A DNA stretch of 64,000 bases, from positions 21,190 through 85,189 of the forward strand of contig JBAYKP010000002.1 in the NCBI GenBank assembly GCA_041664465.1, read 5' to 3'. A model generated the notes under the pieces. The model did not search any database. It had not been told where the DNA came from and saw only the letters and a list, made by a program, of their open reading frames with translations. Positions 9,037 through 18,400 of the stretch are shown here, in pieces. This DNA is from Minisyncoccota bacterium. Lineage in GTDB: Bacteria > Patescibacteriota > Minisyncoccia > Phycocordibacterales > UBA9973. Made by a program: the position numbers and the translations under genes. Position 1 is the first letter of the stretch. Each line of letters opens with the position of its first letter.

Positions 9037-9576
9037 ATGGAAACAGTAAAACAAAAAGAGAAGAAAGCGTTTAAAGAACTTAAGGCCAAGTATGGTTACA
9101 AGAATGTTATGGCTGCACCTCACCTTGTAAAGGTAGTGGTAGCTTCAGGCACTGGCTCAGGTTTAAAGCGCAACAAAGATCACAACAAACTAGTCCTTGA
9201 AAGACTTGCCAAGATTACAGGTCAGAAGCCAGCTACCAAGAGTGCCAAGAAGTCCATTGCATCATTTAAGATTCGTCTTGGTGACCCAGTAGGAGTAATG
9301 GTAACTCTAAGAGGAGCTCGTATGTATGGATTCCTAGACAAGCTTATAAACGTAGCCATCCCTCGTACGAAGGACTTCCGTGGAATCGACCGCAAAATCG
9401 TGGACAATATCGGCAACCTTACTATGAGTATCAAAGAGCATACCATCTTTCCTGAAACAGGAGATGAAGAATTGAAAGACGTCTTTGGACTTGCCGTTAC
9501 TCTAGTCACCACAGCCAAGACCAAAGCCGAAGCCACAGAATTCTTTGAACTTATCGGTGTACCATTTAAGAAATAA
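9037..9576 (+). CDS. rplE: 50S ribosomal protein L5
   Basis: 179 aa with L5 motifs. Confidence 0.95.
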   Translation: METVKQKEKKAFKELKAKYGYKNVMAAPHLVKVVVASGTGSGLKRNKDHNKLVLERLAKITGQKPATKSAKKSIASFKIRLGDPVGVMVTLRGARMYGFLDKLINVAIPRTKDFRGIDRKIVDNIGNLTMSIKEHTIFPETGDEELKDVFGLAVTLVTTAKTKAEATEFFELIGVPFKK

Positions 9577-9592
9577 TTTAGATTACTTTAAA

Positions 9593-9617
9593 ATACCCCC
9601 AAACGGGGGTATTTTTG
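9593..9617 (+). terminator. Rho-independent terminator (taccccc-aaac-gggggta + T-run)
   Basis: Hairpin plus T-tract directly after rplE. Confidence 0.7.
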
Positions 9618-9677
9618 TAGATAAGCTTATATCATAATGGTTTACCGAAGCAAGGCTTCGGTGGGGTATAAATATTT

Positions 9678-9899
9678 TTATATTTCTTTCATTATATTTT
9701 TAATTTTTAGCGATTCGTACATCTTTTTACTGAAAACCTCTTTTAAGAAAGCTGTAGTTTTCTTCTTCCCTTTATACCAGATGAAACCTAAAATGATAAG
9801 GAATGTAGTACCTGGCACAGGAGTGAAATAAAACACTATACCCACTATTATAAATATGATTCCAAGTATTTTGTGTATTTTTATTGACCTTTCTTTCAT
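9678..9899 (-). CDS. Small 2-TM membrane protein, hypothetical
   Basis: Hydrophobic ORF. The overlapping plus-strand ORF 9637-9831 is less protein-like. Confidence 0.35.
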   Translation of the reverse strand: MKERSIKIHKILGIIFIIVGIVFYFTPVPGTTFLIILGFIWYKGKKKTTAFLKEVFSKKMYESLKIKNIMKEI

Positions 9900-9931
9900 A
9901 ATGATTTGATTATAACACTATTTATAGTAAC

Positions 9932-10624
9932 TTAGTCTATATTTGAAATCCAATTTTTAAAATTATCTATAAATATACCCTCTTTAAGCATTTCTAGTTG
10001 GTGTGGTAGATGGGTCCATGAGATATGAGTTTTAATATTTTGTTCTTTTAGTAGCTTTATAAGTTTTCTGCCATTTGAAACGGGAATCACAACATCATTT
10101 TTAGACAAGATTATGTTGAATTCAGTATTGTGACTTTTCCTTTTAAAATAATGATCGGGAGATATCTCAGCCCAAACTTTTTTAAGTTTAGAAAGAGTAG
10201 TTTTGTAATCTTGTATCATTTTATTTTTTAATTTCTGAGTACTTGCACCTTTCCAGAACGCTTCAGCCAAGTTATACCCTGGGACGATAAGCATAACTTT
10301 CTCCATTTTTATTTTATCTGAGACTATCATACAGAATAATCCTCCCAAACTTTGTCCATACATATAGAAATAGCGGGGCTTTTTATTTTTAAGACCACTC
10401 AAATCTTTTATTATTGTATTTATTAAATGCTCGAAATTGTCTTTTGTTTTAAGTGGATCAGGGCAAAGTATTTTGTCTGGATAGGCATACTGGATGTACC
10501 CATAATCCTTTGGTATAGATTTCCTCATAAGAAAATACAAAGATTCATATGAAGACCATCCATCCAATAATATTATGATTTTCTCTTGGTGTAGTCTGTC
10601 TTTTATCTTTGTAATTTTATACAT
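9932..10624 (-). CDS. Alpha/beta-fold hydrolase (esterase-like)
   Basis: GQSLGG nucleophile elbow (GxSxG). 230 aa. Confidence 0.55.
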   Translation of the reverse strand: MYKITKIKDRLHQEKIIILLDGWSSYESLYFLMRKSIPKDYGYIQYAYPDKILCPDPLKTKDNFEHLINTIIKDLSGLKNKKPRYFYMYGQSLGGLFCMIVSDKIKMEKVMLIVPGYNLAEAFWKGASTQKLKNKMIQDYKTTLSKLKKVWAEISPDHYFKRKSHNTEFNIILSKNDVVIPVSNGRKLIKLLKEQNIKTHISWTHLPHQLEMLKEGIFIDNFKNWISNID

Positions 10625-10783
10625 ATGTTTATTATATATATTCTTAGCTATTTCTACAAATAAAATTATATACTAGCCCTAAGCCACGCTTATGACTGGT
10701 ATTTTTTGTTGACAAATTTTCAAGGGGGGTGTATACCTCGGGTATAAGGCTCATTTCAATATATTTCATTTAATTTTTTTAAA

Positions 10784-11017
10784 ATGAAAACCAAAAAGTT
10801 TTTCTTTTATGTTTTTTTTGGAGCCCAACTAATCGGGCTCGGTGGTTTTTTGGGGAAAATCATTTACGATGGGGTGCAAAATTTTCAAAGTGCCTCAATC
10901 GGAGGTAATGTCTCCAAAGAAACCATTACAACTCTGGGCGTTCTGTTTTTTGTTGGCTTTGCAGGTTTTCTTGCAAGCAACAAGCTTGTAGACCAGTTGA
11001 ATAAACTGGAAAACTAA
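10784..11017 (+). CDS. Small membrane protein, hypothetical
   Basis: 77 aa with two hydrophobic segments. Confidence 0.35.
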   Translation: MKTKKFFFYVFFGAQLIGLGGFLGKIIYDGVQNFQSASIGGNVSKETITTLGVLFFVGFAGFLASNKLVDQLNKLEN

Positions 11018-11233
11018 AATAGGAAGCCTAAATGGGAAAAAGCGGGTGGATGAAATATTTCACCTGCTTTTTTAATTATAGGATGGATGGGTACAGAAAT
11101 TTGACATAAATACGTTCATTTGCTAGTATAAGGGAATTCGGTATTGAGCTGATCTGTGTTTCTCCTTAAGACATTTGTTGATGTTTTAAGAAATGACACA
11201 TGATATCGCCTTATCGGGTAAAGCATTTTATTT

Positions 11234-11419
11234 ATGGCAAAAACATCAGTAACAGCTAGACATTTAAAGAAGTCAAAGTTTAGTACACGAGAAACAAATC
11301 GTTGTTTTCGCTGTTCCCGCGGGCATGCATATATGCGAGACTTCGGTCTCTGTCGTATTTGCTTCCGTGAATTAGCAAACGAAGGGATGCTTCCGGGGGT
11401 CAGAAAATCAAGTTGGTAA
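11234..11419 (+). CDS. rpsZ: 30S ribosomal protein S14, zinc-binding type Z
   Basis: 61 aa with CxxC...CxxC (CFRCSRG ... CRIC). Confidence 0.9.
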   Translation: MAKTSVTARHLKKSKFSTRETNRCFRCSRGHAYMRDFGLCRICFRELANEGMLPGVRKSSW

Positions 11420-11470
11420 TTTTAATAGCAATTAGGCCATAGGCCTTAGGCACCTAGCAAAAAGCTAAAT

Positions 11471-11497
11471 TCCTAGAGCCTAGAGCCTAAAGCCTAA
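11471..11497 (+). repeat. Tandem heptamer repeat (agcctag/agcctaa x4) immediately upstream of rpsH
   Basis: Read directly from sequence. Confidence 0.6.
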
Positions 11498-11505
11498 ACA
11501 AAACA

Positions 11506-11892
11506 ATGGATCAAATAGCAAACATGGTGAATATGATAAAGAATGCAGGTCGTGCTGGGCACGAGTCTGTTACTGTATCATTTTCTAAAATCAAACAGGC
11601 AATCGCTGAATGCTTACTTAAGGAAGGCTACATCTCATCTCTCAACAAGAAAATGCAGAAAGGTTTCCCTGTCCTTGAAATAGGTATACTTTATGTAGAC
11701 GGAGCTCCGAAAGTAGGAGGAGTAGAAAGAATATCTAAATCATCATGCCGTGTATATAAAGGAGTTAAAGATATCAGATATGCAAAAGGTAGCTCTATCA
11801 TCACAGTCTTTTCGACACCGAAAGGAGTTTTGACAGATAAAGAGGCACGCAAGCAAATGGTCGGAGGAGAAGTATTGTTTAAAATTTGGTAG
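11506..11892 (+). CDS. rpsH: 30S ribosomal protein S8
   Basis: 128 aa, typical S8. Confidence 0.95.
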   Translation: MDQIANMVNMIKNAGRAGHESVTVSFSKIKQAIAECLLKEGYISSLNKKMQKGFPVLEIGILYVDGAPKVGGVERISKSSCRVYKGVKDIRYAKGSSIITVFSTPKGVLTDKEARKQMVGGEVLFKIW

Positions 11893-11911
11893 GTAATCAC
11901 CCAAAAAATAT

Positions 11912-12448
11912 ATGTCACGTATTGGAAAACAAACAGTTATAATCCCCACAGGTACAGAAGTCAAACTTTCTGGTACGACTCTTACCGTGAAAGGACCGAA
12001 AGGGACTCTCACAAGAGATTTCCCTGGTCTAGTCACTATACATATCAATGGCAATGAAATTACTTTCACTCCCAATAAAATTGGAGACAAGACTATCAAT
12101 GCACTTTGGGGTACATATGCTTCACATGTGAAGAATATGGTCTTAGGTGTAAATGAAGGTTATACGAAAAAGCTCGTACTAGAAGGAGTCGGATTCAAGT
12201 CAGAAGTAGCTGGTAAAGTTCTCAATCTTGCTCTTGGTTTCTCACATCCTGTAAAGATTAATATTCCAGAAGGTCTTACTGTTACAGCCGAGAAGAATAA
12301 CATCACGATTAGTGGTATAGATAAAGAGCTTGTAGGCTCTTTCACCGCCGGAGTTCGTTCACAGAAAAAGCCAGAGCCTTATAAGGGTAAAGGTTTCCAT
12401 TACAATGATGAAGTTATTCGTCGTAAGCAAGGTAAGAAAGCGGCATAA
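11912..12448 (+). CDS. rplF: 50S ribosomal protein L6
   Basis: Two L6 repeats (KGPKGTL ...). Confidence 0.95.
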   Translation: MSRIGKQTVIIPTGTEVKLSGTTLTVKGPKGTLTRDFPGLVTIHINGNEITFTPNKIGDKTINALWGTYASHVKNMVLGVNEGYTKKLVLEGVGFKSEVAGKVLNLALGFSHPVKINIPEGLTVTAEKNNITISGIDKELVGSFTAGVRSQKKPEPYKGKGFHYNDEVIRRKQGKKAA

Positions 12449-12453
12449 AATAT

Positions 12454-12795
12454 ATGAATAAAAAATTAGAAAAAAGAATAAGATTAAAGAAGAAGATTCG
12501 TACAAAGATTTTCGGTACTTCCGACACACCTCGTCTTTCTGTTTTCCGTTCCAACAATTACGTCTATGCTCAGATGATTGATGATGCTAAAAGTGTCACT
12601 ATCGCTTCCGCTTCTGATATGGATGTGAAGACAGGGACAAAGACAGAACGTGCTATCGCAGTAGGAGCAAACATTGCAAAAATTTCAAATACAAAAGGCA
12701 TAAAAGCTTGCGTCTTTGATCGTAATGGATTCAAATATACCGGTCGCGTGAAAGCTCTTGCGGACAGCGCACGTAAGGCAGGGCTTAAGTTTTAA
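12454..12795 (+). CDS. rplR: 50S ribosomal protein L18
   Basis: [18 protein letters not shown] motif. Confidence 0.9.
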   Translation: MNKKLEKRIRLKKKIRTKIFGTSDTPRLSVFRSNNYVYAQMIDDAKSVTIASASDMDVKTGTKTERAIAVGANIAKISNTKGIKACVFDRNGFKYTGRVKALADSARKAGLKF

Positions 12796-12804
12796 TATAA
12801 ATAT

Positions 12805-13470
12805 ATGGATACAACAAAACCAAAACAACATACAACAAATAGTGGAAGCCCACGTGGAAATACAAGTGGAGGATATCGTGGCAACCCGAACAACAAACGT
12901 GAAGGGGGAGAACGTAAGCCTAGAACATTTTTCGAAAAGCCAAAACCAGAATTTGACCAGAAGATGGTTTCTATTCGTCGCGTGACTCGTGTGGTGGCTG
13001 GTGGACGTCGTATGACCTTCGCAGTTGCACTTGCTATCGGAGATAAAAAGGGCTCTATTGGTCTTGGTACTGGAAAGGGAGGAGATACAGCTATGGCTAT
13101 TGCGAAAGCTCTTCGCCAAGCTAAGAAGAATATGTTTAAGATTAAGACAACCAAAGATATGTCCATTACTCATGAGGTCTCATCCAAGTTCTCAAGTTCT
13201 AAGCTTACAATGATGCCAAACAGAGGTAAGGGATTAGTAGCAGGAAGTACCGTTCGTGATATGCTTATACTTGCAGGATTAAAGAATATCACTGCCAAGC
13301 TTCATTCAGGAAGTAAGAATAAATTAAACAATGCCAGAGTTGCTTATAAGACTTTGTATCAACTTAAAGCCTTAAATACTCTACCCAAAGTAGCCGCATT
13401 TATCGTGGAATCAGAAGCTGAGGTCAAAGAAGAAGTGGCTGGAAAAGTAATTATAGAGGAAGTTAAATAA
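12805..13470 (+). CDS. rpsE: 30S ribosomal protein S5 (N- and C-terminal extensions)
   Basis: VSIRRVTRVVAGGRRMTF ... S5 core. Followed directly by rplO, so no rpmD. Confidence 0.93.
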   Translation: MDTTKPKQHTTNSGSPRGNTSGGYRGNPNNKREGGERKPRTFFEKPKPEFDQKMVSIRRVTRVVAGGRRMTFAVALAIGDKKGSIGLGTGKGGDTAMAIAKALRQAKKNMFKIKTTKDMSITHEVSSKFSSSKLTMMPNRGKGLVAGSTVRDMLILAGLKNITAKLHSGSKNKLNNARVAYKTLYQLKALNTLPKVAAFIVESEAEVKEEVAGKVIIEEVK

Positions 13471-13478
13471 TAAATTAT

Positions 13479-13907
13479 ATGGAATTACACACATTAAAAA
13501 GAGAACATCCAAATAAGAAGAAAAGACTCGTCGGTCGTGGAGGTACACGTGGTAAGACTTCAGGCCGTGGAGGCAAGGGTCAGACTGCTCGTGCTGGTAA
13601 CAAGCGTCGCCCAGAAATGCGTGATATAATCAAGAAGATTCCGAAGCTTCGTGGTTACCGTTTTCACTCTGCATCTACCAAGCCCACTCCTGTAAATGTC
13701 GGAGCCTTGAATATATTCAAAGCAGGAGAAATCGTAAATCCAAAGTCACTTTTTGAAAAGAATTTGATTCGTAATGTCGGTGGCAAGCTTCCAGCTGTGA
13801 AGATTCTAGGTACAGGCGAGATAACTGTTAAGCTAACAGTATCAGGATGTGTATTATCTAAAACAGCAAAAGAGAAAATAGAGAAAGCCGGAGGAAGTAT
13901 AAAATAA
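13479..13907 (+). CDS. rplO: 50S ribosomal protein L15
   Basis: GRGGTRGKTSGRGGKGQ motif. Confidence 0.9.
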   Translation: MELHTLKREHPNKKKRLVGRGGTRGKTSGRGGKGQTARAGNKRRPEMRDIIKKIPKLRGYRFHSASTKPTPVNVGALNIFKAGEIVNPKSLFEKNLIRNVGGKLPAVKILGTGEITVKLTVSGCVLSKTAKEKIEKAGGSIK

Positions 13908-13908
13908 A

Positions 13909-15180
13909 ATGGAAACAGTTTTCAACAAACTAAGAATGATATTTACAGACAAGACTCTAAGGTCTCGTGTCTTATTTGTGCTCGGAGCATTTATTTTATT
14001 TAGACTTCTTTCTGCAATTCCAATTCCTGGTATTGATGCTACCAAGCTACAAATTTTCATAAACAATAATCAATTTCTCGGAGTCTTAAATATGTTTTCA
14101 GGTGGAGGACTTTCTACTCTTTCTATAATGATGCTTGGAGTAGGTCCGTACATTACTTCTTCTATCATAATGCAGTTGCTTACTATTATGTCTCCTCGCT
14201 TGAAAGCGATGTATCAAGAAGATGGAGAAGCTGGACGCAAGAAATTTACTCAGTTTAGTAGAATGATTACAGTTCCTCTTGCTATCGTTCAAGGATTTGC
14301 TCTTTTGTTTTTATTGAAAAAGCAAGGAATACTTGGAGATCTTTCAATGTTTAATATGTTTGCGAACCTTTCTGTCATAGTCGCTGGCTCTATGCTTATA
14401 ATGTGGATTGGTGAATTGATGTCTGAGTTTGGTATTGGGAATGGAATATCACTTATAATCTTCGCTGGTATCGTGGCTAGAATTCCACAAGAGATTACTC
14501 AATTCCTCTTTACTTTCAATATTGCTAATCTTCCACTTTATATATTATTCCTAGCTGTAGGGATCTTGATTGTTGCCGGAGTTGTAATTATGACTGAAGC
14601 CGAGAGGCCTATTCCTGTGACTTATGCCAAGCAAGTGCGTGGCGATCATATCGCGGGAGGGACTCAGACTTATCTACCACTTCGCGTGAATCAAGCTGGA
14701 GTCATACCTATCATCTTTGCACTTTCTATTTTGCTTTTCCCTCAGCTTATCGGCAATGCTTTGGCAGGAATGAGTAATCACATCCTTCTATCTATTTCAA
14801 GAGGCTTACTCTGGTTCGTTTCTAATACTTGGCTTTATTCATTGGCTTACTTTATTTTTGTATTCTTATTTACTTACTTCTATACAGCTGTTACCTTTGA
14901 TCCCAATCAAATTTCTGAAAATTTACAGAAGAATGGAGCTTTCGTGCCAGGGATTCGTCCAGGACCTGCCACTCGTGACTACATAGAGAAGATTCTCAAT
15001 CGCATTACAACGATCGGTGCAGTCTTCCTAGGATTCATTGCGGTGCTACCTCTCGTTATGAAAGCAATTACAGGTATTACGGCTTTCGCTATCGGAGGTA
15101 CAGCTCTCCTCATTGTCGTCTCTGTCGTTTTGGATTTGATTAAAAAGATTGAAGCGCAACTCTCTATGAGAGAGTATTAA
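13909..15180 (+). CDS. secY: Preprotein translocase subunit SecY
   Basis: 423 aa, 10 TM segments, SecY motifs. Confidence 0.95.
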   Translation: METVFNKLRMIFTDKTLRSRVLFVLGAFILFRLLSAIPIPGIDATKLQIFINNNQFLGVLNMFSGGGLSTLSIMMLGVGPYITSSIIMQLLTIMSPRLKAMYQEDGEAGRKKFTQFSRMITVPLAIVQGFALLFLLKKQGILGDLSMFNMFANLSVIVAGSMLIMWIGELMSEFGIGNGISLIIFAGIVARIPQEITQFLFTFNIANLPLYILFLAVGILIVAGVVIMTEAERPIPVTYAKQVRGDHIAGGTQTYLPLRVNQAGVIPIIFALSILLFPQLIGNALAGMSNHILLSISRGLLWFVSNTWLYSLAYFIFVFLFTYFYTAVTFDPNQISENLQKNGAFVPGIRPGPATRDYIEKILNRITTIGAVFLGFIAVLPLVMKAITGITAFAIGGTALLIVVSVVLDLIKKIEAQLSMREY

Positions 15181-15182
15181 AA

Positions 15183-15208
15183 AAGACCTATTATTTAGGT
15201 CTTTTTTA
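15183..15208 (+). terminator. Rho-independent terminator after secY
   Basis: aagaccta ... taggtctt hairpin followed by a T-run. Confidence 0.6.
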
Positions 15209-15239
15209 ATATATTAGAATTTTAGTATATAATAGAAAG

Positions 15240-15836
15240 ATGATAAACAAACCACAAACATTTATATTTTATGGGATAGCAGGTTCGGGTAAGGGTACCC
15301 AAGTAAAACTTTTACAAAATGTTTTGAAAGCCAAAGATGGTATGGATACGGTATATGGAGCACCCGGCAATGAATTTAGAAAACTTGTTGAAAGTGGCAA
15401 TCTTACAGGGTCTACTCTGAAAGATGCTATGGAAGCGGGTCTTCTTTTGCCAGATTTTTTACCTAATACTGTTTTTGCTGATATTTTAATTTCTGAATTA
15501 ACAACAGATAAACATTTAATTGCAGATGGTTTCCCTCGTACAGTGGTTCAATCTGAAAATTTTGAGGAGATGATGAAATTTTATAATCGTGAGAATATAA
15601 AAGTTATTTATATAGAACTTAGCAAAGAAGAAGCAATAAAGAGAATGAAGATTCGTGCTAGACCAGATGATACTGATGAAGGAATTGCAAAAAGATTTGA
15701 TGAATATGTAAAAAATATTATTCCTTCTATGAATTATTTCAAAGATAAAGAGAATTATAAAATGTATATGATAAATGGAGAACAATCCATAGAAGATGTC
15801 CATAAAGAAATTATTACTAAATTAAACTTAATCTAA
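15240..15836 (+). CDS. adk: Adenylate kinase (short form)
   Basis: P-loop GIAGSGKGTQ. 198 aa. Confidence 0.85.
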   Translation: MINKPQTFIFYGIAGSGKGTQVKLLQNVLKAKDGMDTVYGAPGNEFRKLVESGNLTGSTLKDAMEAGLLLPDFLPNTVFADILISELTTDKHLIADGFPRTVVQSENFEEMMKFYNRENIKVIYIELSKEEAIKRMKIRARPDDTDEGIAKRFDEYVKNIIPSMNYFKDKENYKMYMINGEQSIEDVHKEIITKLNLI

Positions 15837-15840
15837 TTCA

Positions 15841-16539
15841 ATGCCAGAAACAAAAACAGAGAAAGAAACAATCGTGATATCGCTTGGGGGGTCTATTGTA
15901 GTACCGGATTTACCGAATGGAGAATTTGTAAAAGCTTTCAAAGAAATAATTTTACATTTTGTAGAAAAGGGTAAAAAGTTTGTAATAATCGTAGGTGGAG
16001 GCAAGACTTGCAGACGTTATAATGAAGCCTTAAGTAATGCCACAGAAGTTATCAATGAAGATCTGGATTGGCTTGGTATATATACTACTCGCCTCAATGC
16101 AGAACTTGTCAGACTTTCTTTTGGTAAAAAGGCGGCGGATAGAATTCTGATAGATCCAAGTATAATAAAAGATTTCAATGACGACGTCGTTATTGGTGCT
16201 GGGTGGAAGCCTGGGAATTCTACAGATGCAGTTGGGATTATGATTGCGAAGGAACTTGGTACAAAAAAGGTAGTTAATATTTCAAATATTGATTATATTT
16301 ATGATAGTGATCCGAAAATAAATGAGGATGCCAAGAAGTTTGAGAATATTTCATGGGCAGAATATCGTTCTTTTATATCTTCCGTTTGGAAGCCAGGTAT
16401 GAACACTCCTTTTGACCCTATTGCTTCAGAGAAAGCAGAGGAGGGAGGCATAGAAGTTGCTTTCATGTCAGGGCACAATCTAGAAAGTCTTGAGAATTAT
16501 CTAAAAGGAGAGCATTTTGTAGGAACAATCATAAAGTAA
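15841..16539 (+). CDS. pyrH: Amino-acid-kinase-fold protein, likely archaeal-type UMP kinase
   Basis: ISLGGSIV ... IIVGGGK pattern and 232 aa length. Function assigned by family resemblance only. Confidence 0.5.
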   Translation: MPETKTEKETIVISLGGSIVVPDLPNGEFVKAFKEIILHFVEKGKKFVIIVGGGKTCRRYNEALSNATEVINEDLDWLGIYTTRLNAELVRLSFGKKAADRILIDPSIIKDFNDDVVIGAGWKPGNSTDAVGIMIAKELGTKKVVNISNIDYIYDSDPKINEDAKKFENISWAEYRSFISSVWKPGMNTPFDPIASEKAEEGGIEVAFMSGHNLESLENYLKGEHFVGTIIK

Positions 16540-16547
16540 TTAGGAAT

Positions 16548-16586
16548 CACTGCCCCCAAGCAAGGCTTGGGGGCAGTGTGTATTTT
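16548..16586 (+). terminator. Strong terminator hairpin (13-bp stem cactgcccccaag/cttgggggcagtg + T-run)
   Basis: Read directly. Confidence 0.75.
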
Positions 16587-16601
16587 AGAGCTGTATTCTA
16601 G

Positions 16602-16607
16602 TATAAT
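16602..16607 (+). promoter_or_regulatory. -10 box (tataat) 6 nt before the ATG of Cys-rich paralog 1; leaderless candidate
   Basis: Motif and spacing. Confidence 0.4.
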
Positions 16608-16613
16608 GAATTA

Positions 16614-18362
16614 ATGGAATCACAAACTAAAGTGTGTCAAAATTGTAAGCTTAATTTCACAATTGAGCCAGATGATTTTTCATTTTACGAAAAGATAAAA
16701 GTCCCTCCACCAACTTGGTGCCCTTATTGTAGGTTTATACGTAAAATGACATTTATTAACGAGCGTTCTCTTTATAAAAGAGTTTGTGATAATTGTAGTC
16801 AGTCTATGATATCTATGTATAGCCCTGATATACCACTTCCTGTTTGGTGCAATAAATGTCATATAAGTGATACTTGGGACGGAACTATATATAGTAGAGA
16901 TTATGATTTCTCTAGAAATTTTTTTGAACAATATAAAAAATTAAAATATGATGTTCCTCATAGGGCGCTTGATCAAAACGAGCGAAATGGCGAAGGGTGT
17001 GAGTATTCCAATCTATGTTACACCAGTAAAAACATATATTTATCTTTTAATATTATTGGTTCTGAAAATCTTAAGTATTCGGCACATGCTTTTAAGAATA
17101 ATAAAAATTGTTTAGATTCACTTATTTTTAAAAATAATGATAGGGGGTATGAGCTTGTTCAGGCTATTTCTAATTACAACTCATCTTTTTTAATTGAAAG
17201 TGACCAATGTGTAGATTCACATTTCCTTTATGATTGTTCTAATTGTGTTAATTGTTGTTTATCTTCAAATCTTCGAAATAAAAGTTATTTTTTTCAAAAT
17301 CAACAGTTATCGCGTGAAGAATATAAAAAGGCAGTTATGGCGCTTAGACTTGAGACATATTCTGGGCAATTAAATACTAAGAATATTTTTATGCAAATAG
17401 CAAAAGATGCAATTCATAAATACGCGCATATAAAGAATTCAGTAGATGTTATTGGAGATTTTATTGAAAATTCAAAAAATATTTACCATTGCTATGGTCT
17501 TGTAGATGCTATAAATACTAAATATGTATTTTTTGCAGTAAATACAATTGTAGATTCTCAAGATGTAATATTTGCAGGAAAAGTAGAGGAGTGCTATGAG
17601 TTTACTCTTGGTGGTAGGGGAGCTAGTCGTGTAATTTTATCTTTTAGTTGTTCTGGGGGGTGCAAGGATCTATTCTATTGTGATTCGTGTATGAGTTGTT
17701 CAGATTGTTTTGGCTGTGTAGGGTTAAAAAAGAAACAGTATTATATTTTTAATAAACAATATAAGAAGGAAGAGTATTTTGAAATGGTTAAGAAAATTAA
17801 ACAACACATGAATGATATGCCTTATATAGATAAGATTGGTAGAATATATAGCTTTGGGGAATGTTTCCCTACAGAACTTTCTCCTTTTGCTTACAATGAA
17901 ACTCTTGCTTTTAAAGAGAATTTTATCTCAAAAGAAGAAGTAATCTCTTTGGGATATAAATGGAAAGAAATGGAATCAAAGTTATATACTCCAACACTTA
18001 AAACAGATTCTGTGCCAGAGAGTATTAATGATGCTCTAGACACTATTTGTAATGAGATTATTGAGTGTCCCAATCAAGGCAAAGTAGATACACAATGCAC
18101 TTCAGCTTATAAAATATTACCAGATGAGTTAGCATTTTATAGACAAATGAATCTTCCAATACCTAGGTATTGTCCGAATTGTAGATATCACAATCGTTTA
18201 ATTTGGAAGAATCTTTTTCACTTTTACAAACGACAATGTATGTGTAATTCATCAAATCATAATCATAAAGGAAAATGTCAGAATGAATTTGAGACATTGT
18301 ATGCTCCCGACAGAGAAGAATTAATTTATTGTAAAGAATGTTATCAACAGGAAGTGTATTAA
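16614..18362 (+). CDS. Cysteine-rich paralog 1 (582 aa, about 37 Cys), unknown family. Has N- and C-terminal CPxCR zinc-ribbon-like modules and internal CxxCxxC clusters.
   Basis: Shares an N-terminal CQNCKxxFTIEPDDFSFYEKIKVPPPTWCPxCR block, a central KHMNDMPYIDKxGRIYxxGExFPxELSPFAYNET block and a C-terminal CQNEFETxYAPDRxExxYCxxCYQ block with the ORFs at 18401 and 29308. Confidence 0.7.
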   Translation: MESQTKVCQNCKLNFTIEPDDFSFYEKIKVPPPTWCPYCRFIRKMTFINERSLYKRVCDNCSQSMISMYSPDIPLPVWCNKCHISDTWDGTIYSRDYDFSRNFFEQYKKLKYDVPHRALDQNERNGEGCEYSNLCYTSKNIYLSFNIIGSENLKYSAHAFKNNKNCLDSLIFKNNDRGYELVQAISNYNSSFLIESDQCVDSHFLYDCSNCVNCCLSSNLRNKSYFFQNQQLSREEYKKAVMALRLETYSGQLNTKNIFMQIAKDAIHKYAHIKNSVDVIGDFIENSKNIYHCYGLVDAINTKYVFFAVNTIVDSQDVIFAGKVEECYEFTLGGRGASRVILSFSCSGGCKDLFYCDSCMSCSDCFGCVGLKKKQYYIFNKQYKKEEYFEMVKKIKQHMNDMPYIDKIGRIYSFGECFPTELSPFAYNETLAFKENFISKEEVISLGYKWKEMESKLYTPTLKTDSVPESINDALDTICNEIIECPNQGKVDTQCTSAYKILPDELAFYRQMNLPIPRYCPNCRYHNRLIWKNLFHFYKRQCMCNSSNHNHKGKCQNEFETLYAPDREELIYCKECYQQEVY

Positions 18363-18367
18363 TAGTC

Positions 18368-18390
18368 AGATAGGGGTTAAACCCCTATCT
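18368..18390 (+). terminator. Hairpin agataggggtt-aa-acccctatct (same 23-nt core recurs at 47713-47735); weak or no T-tract
   Basis: Read directly. Confidence 0.4.
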
Positions 18391-18400
18391 AGAGAATAGT

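Noticed and set aside
9587-9620. Fourth CsoR operator at the rplE terminator (ataccccc-aaac-gggggtat)
   Set aside because: The 4-nt centre, the T-run and its position at an operon end fit an intrinsic terminator better. There is no adjacent ttgaca.
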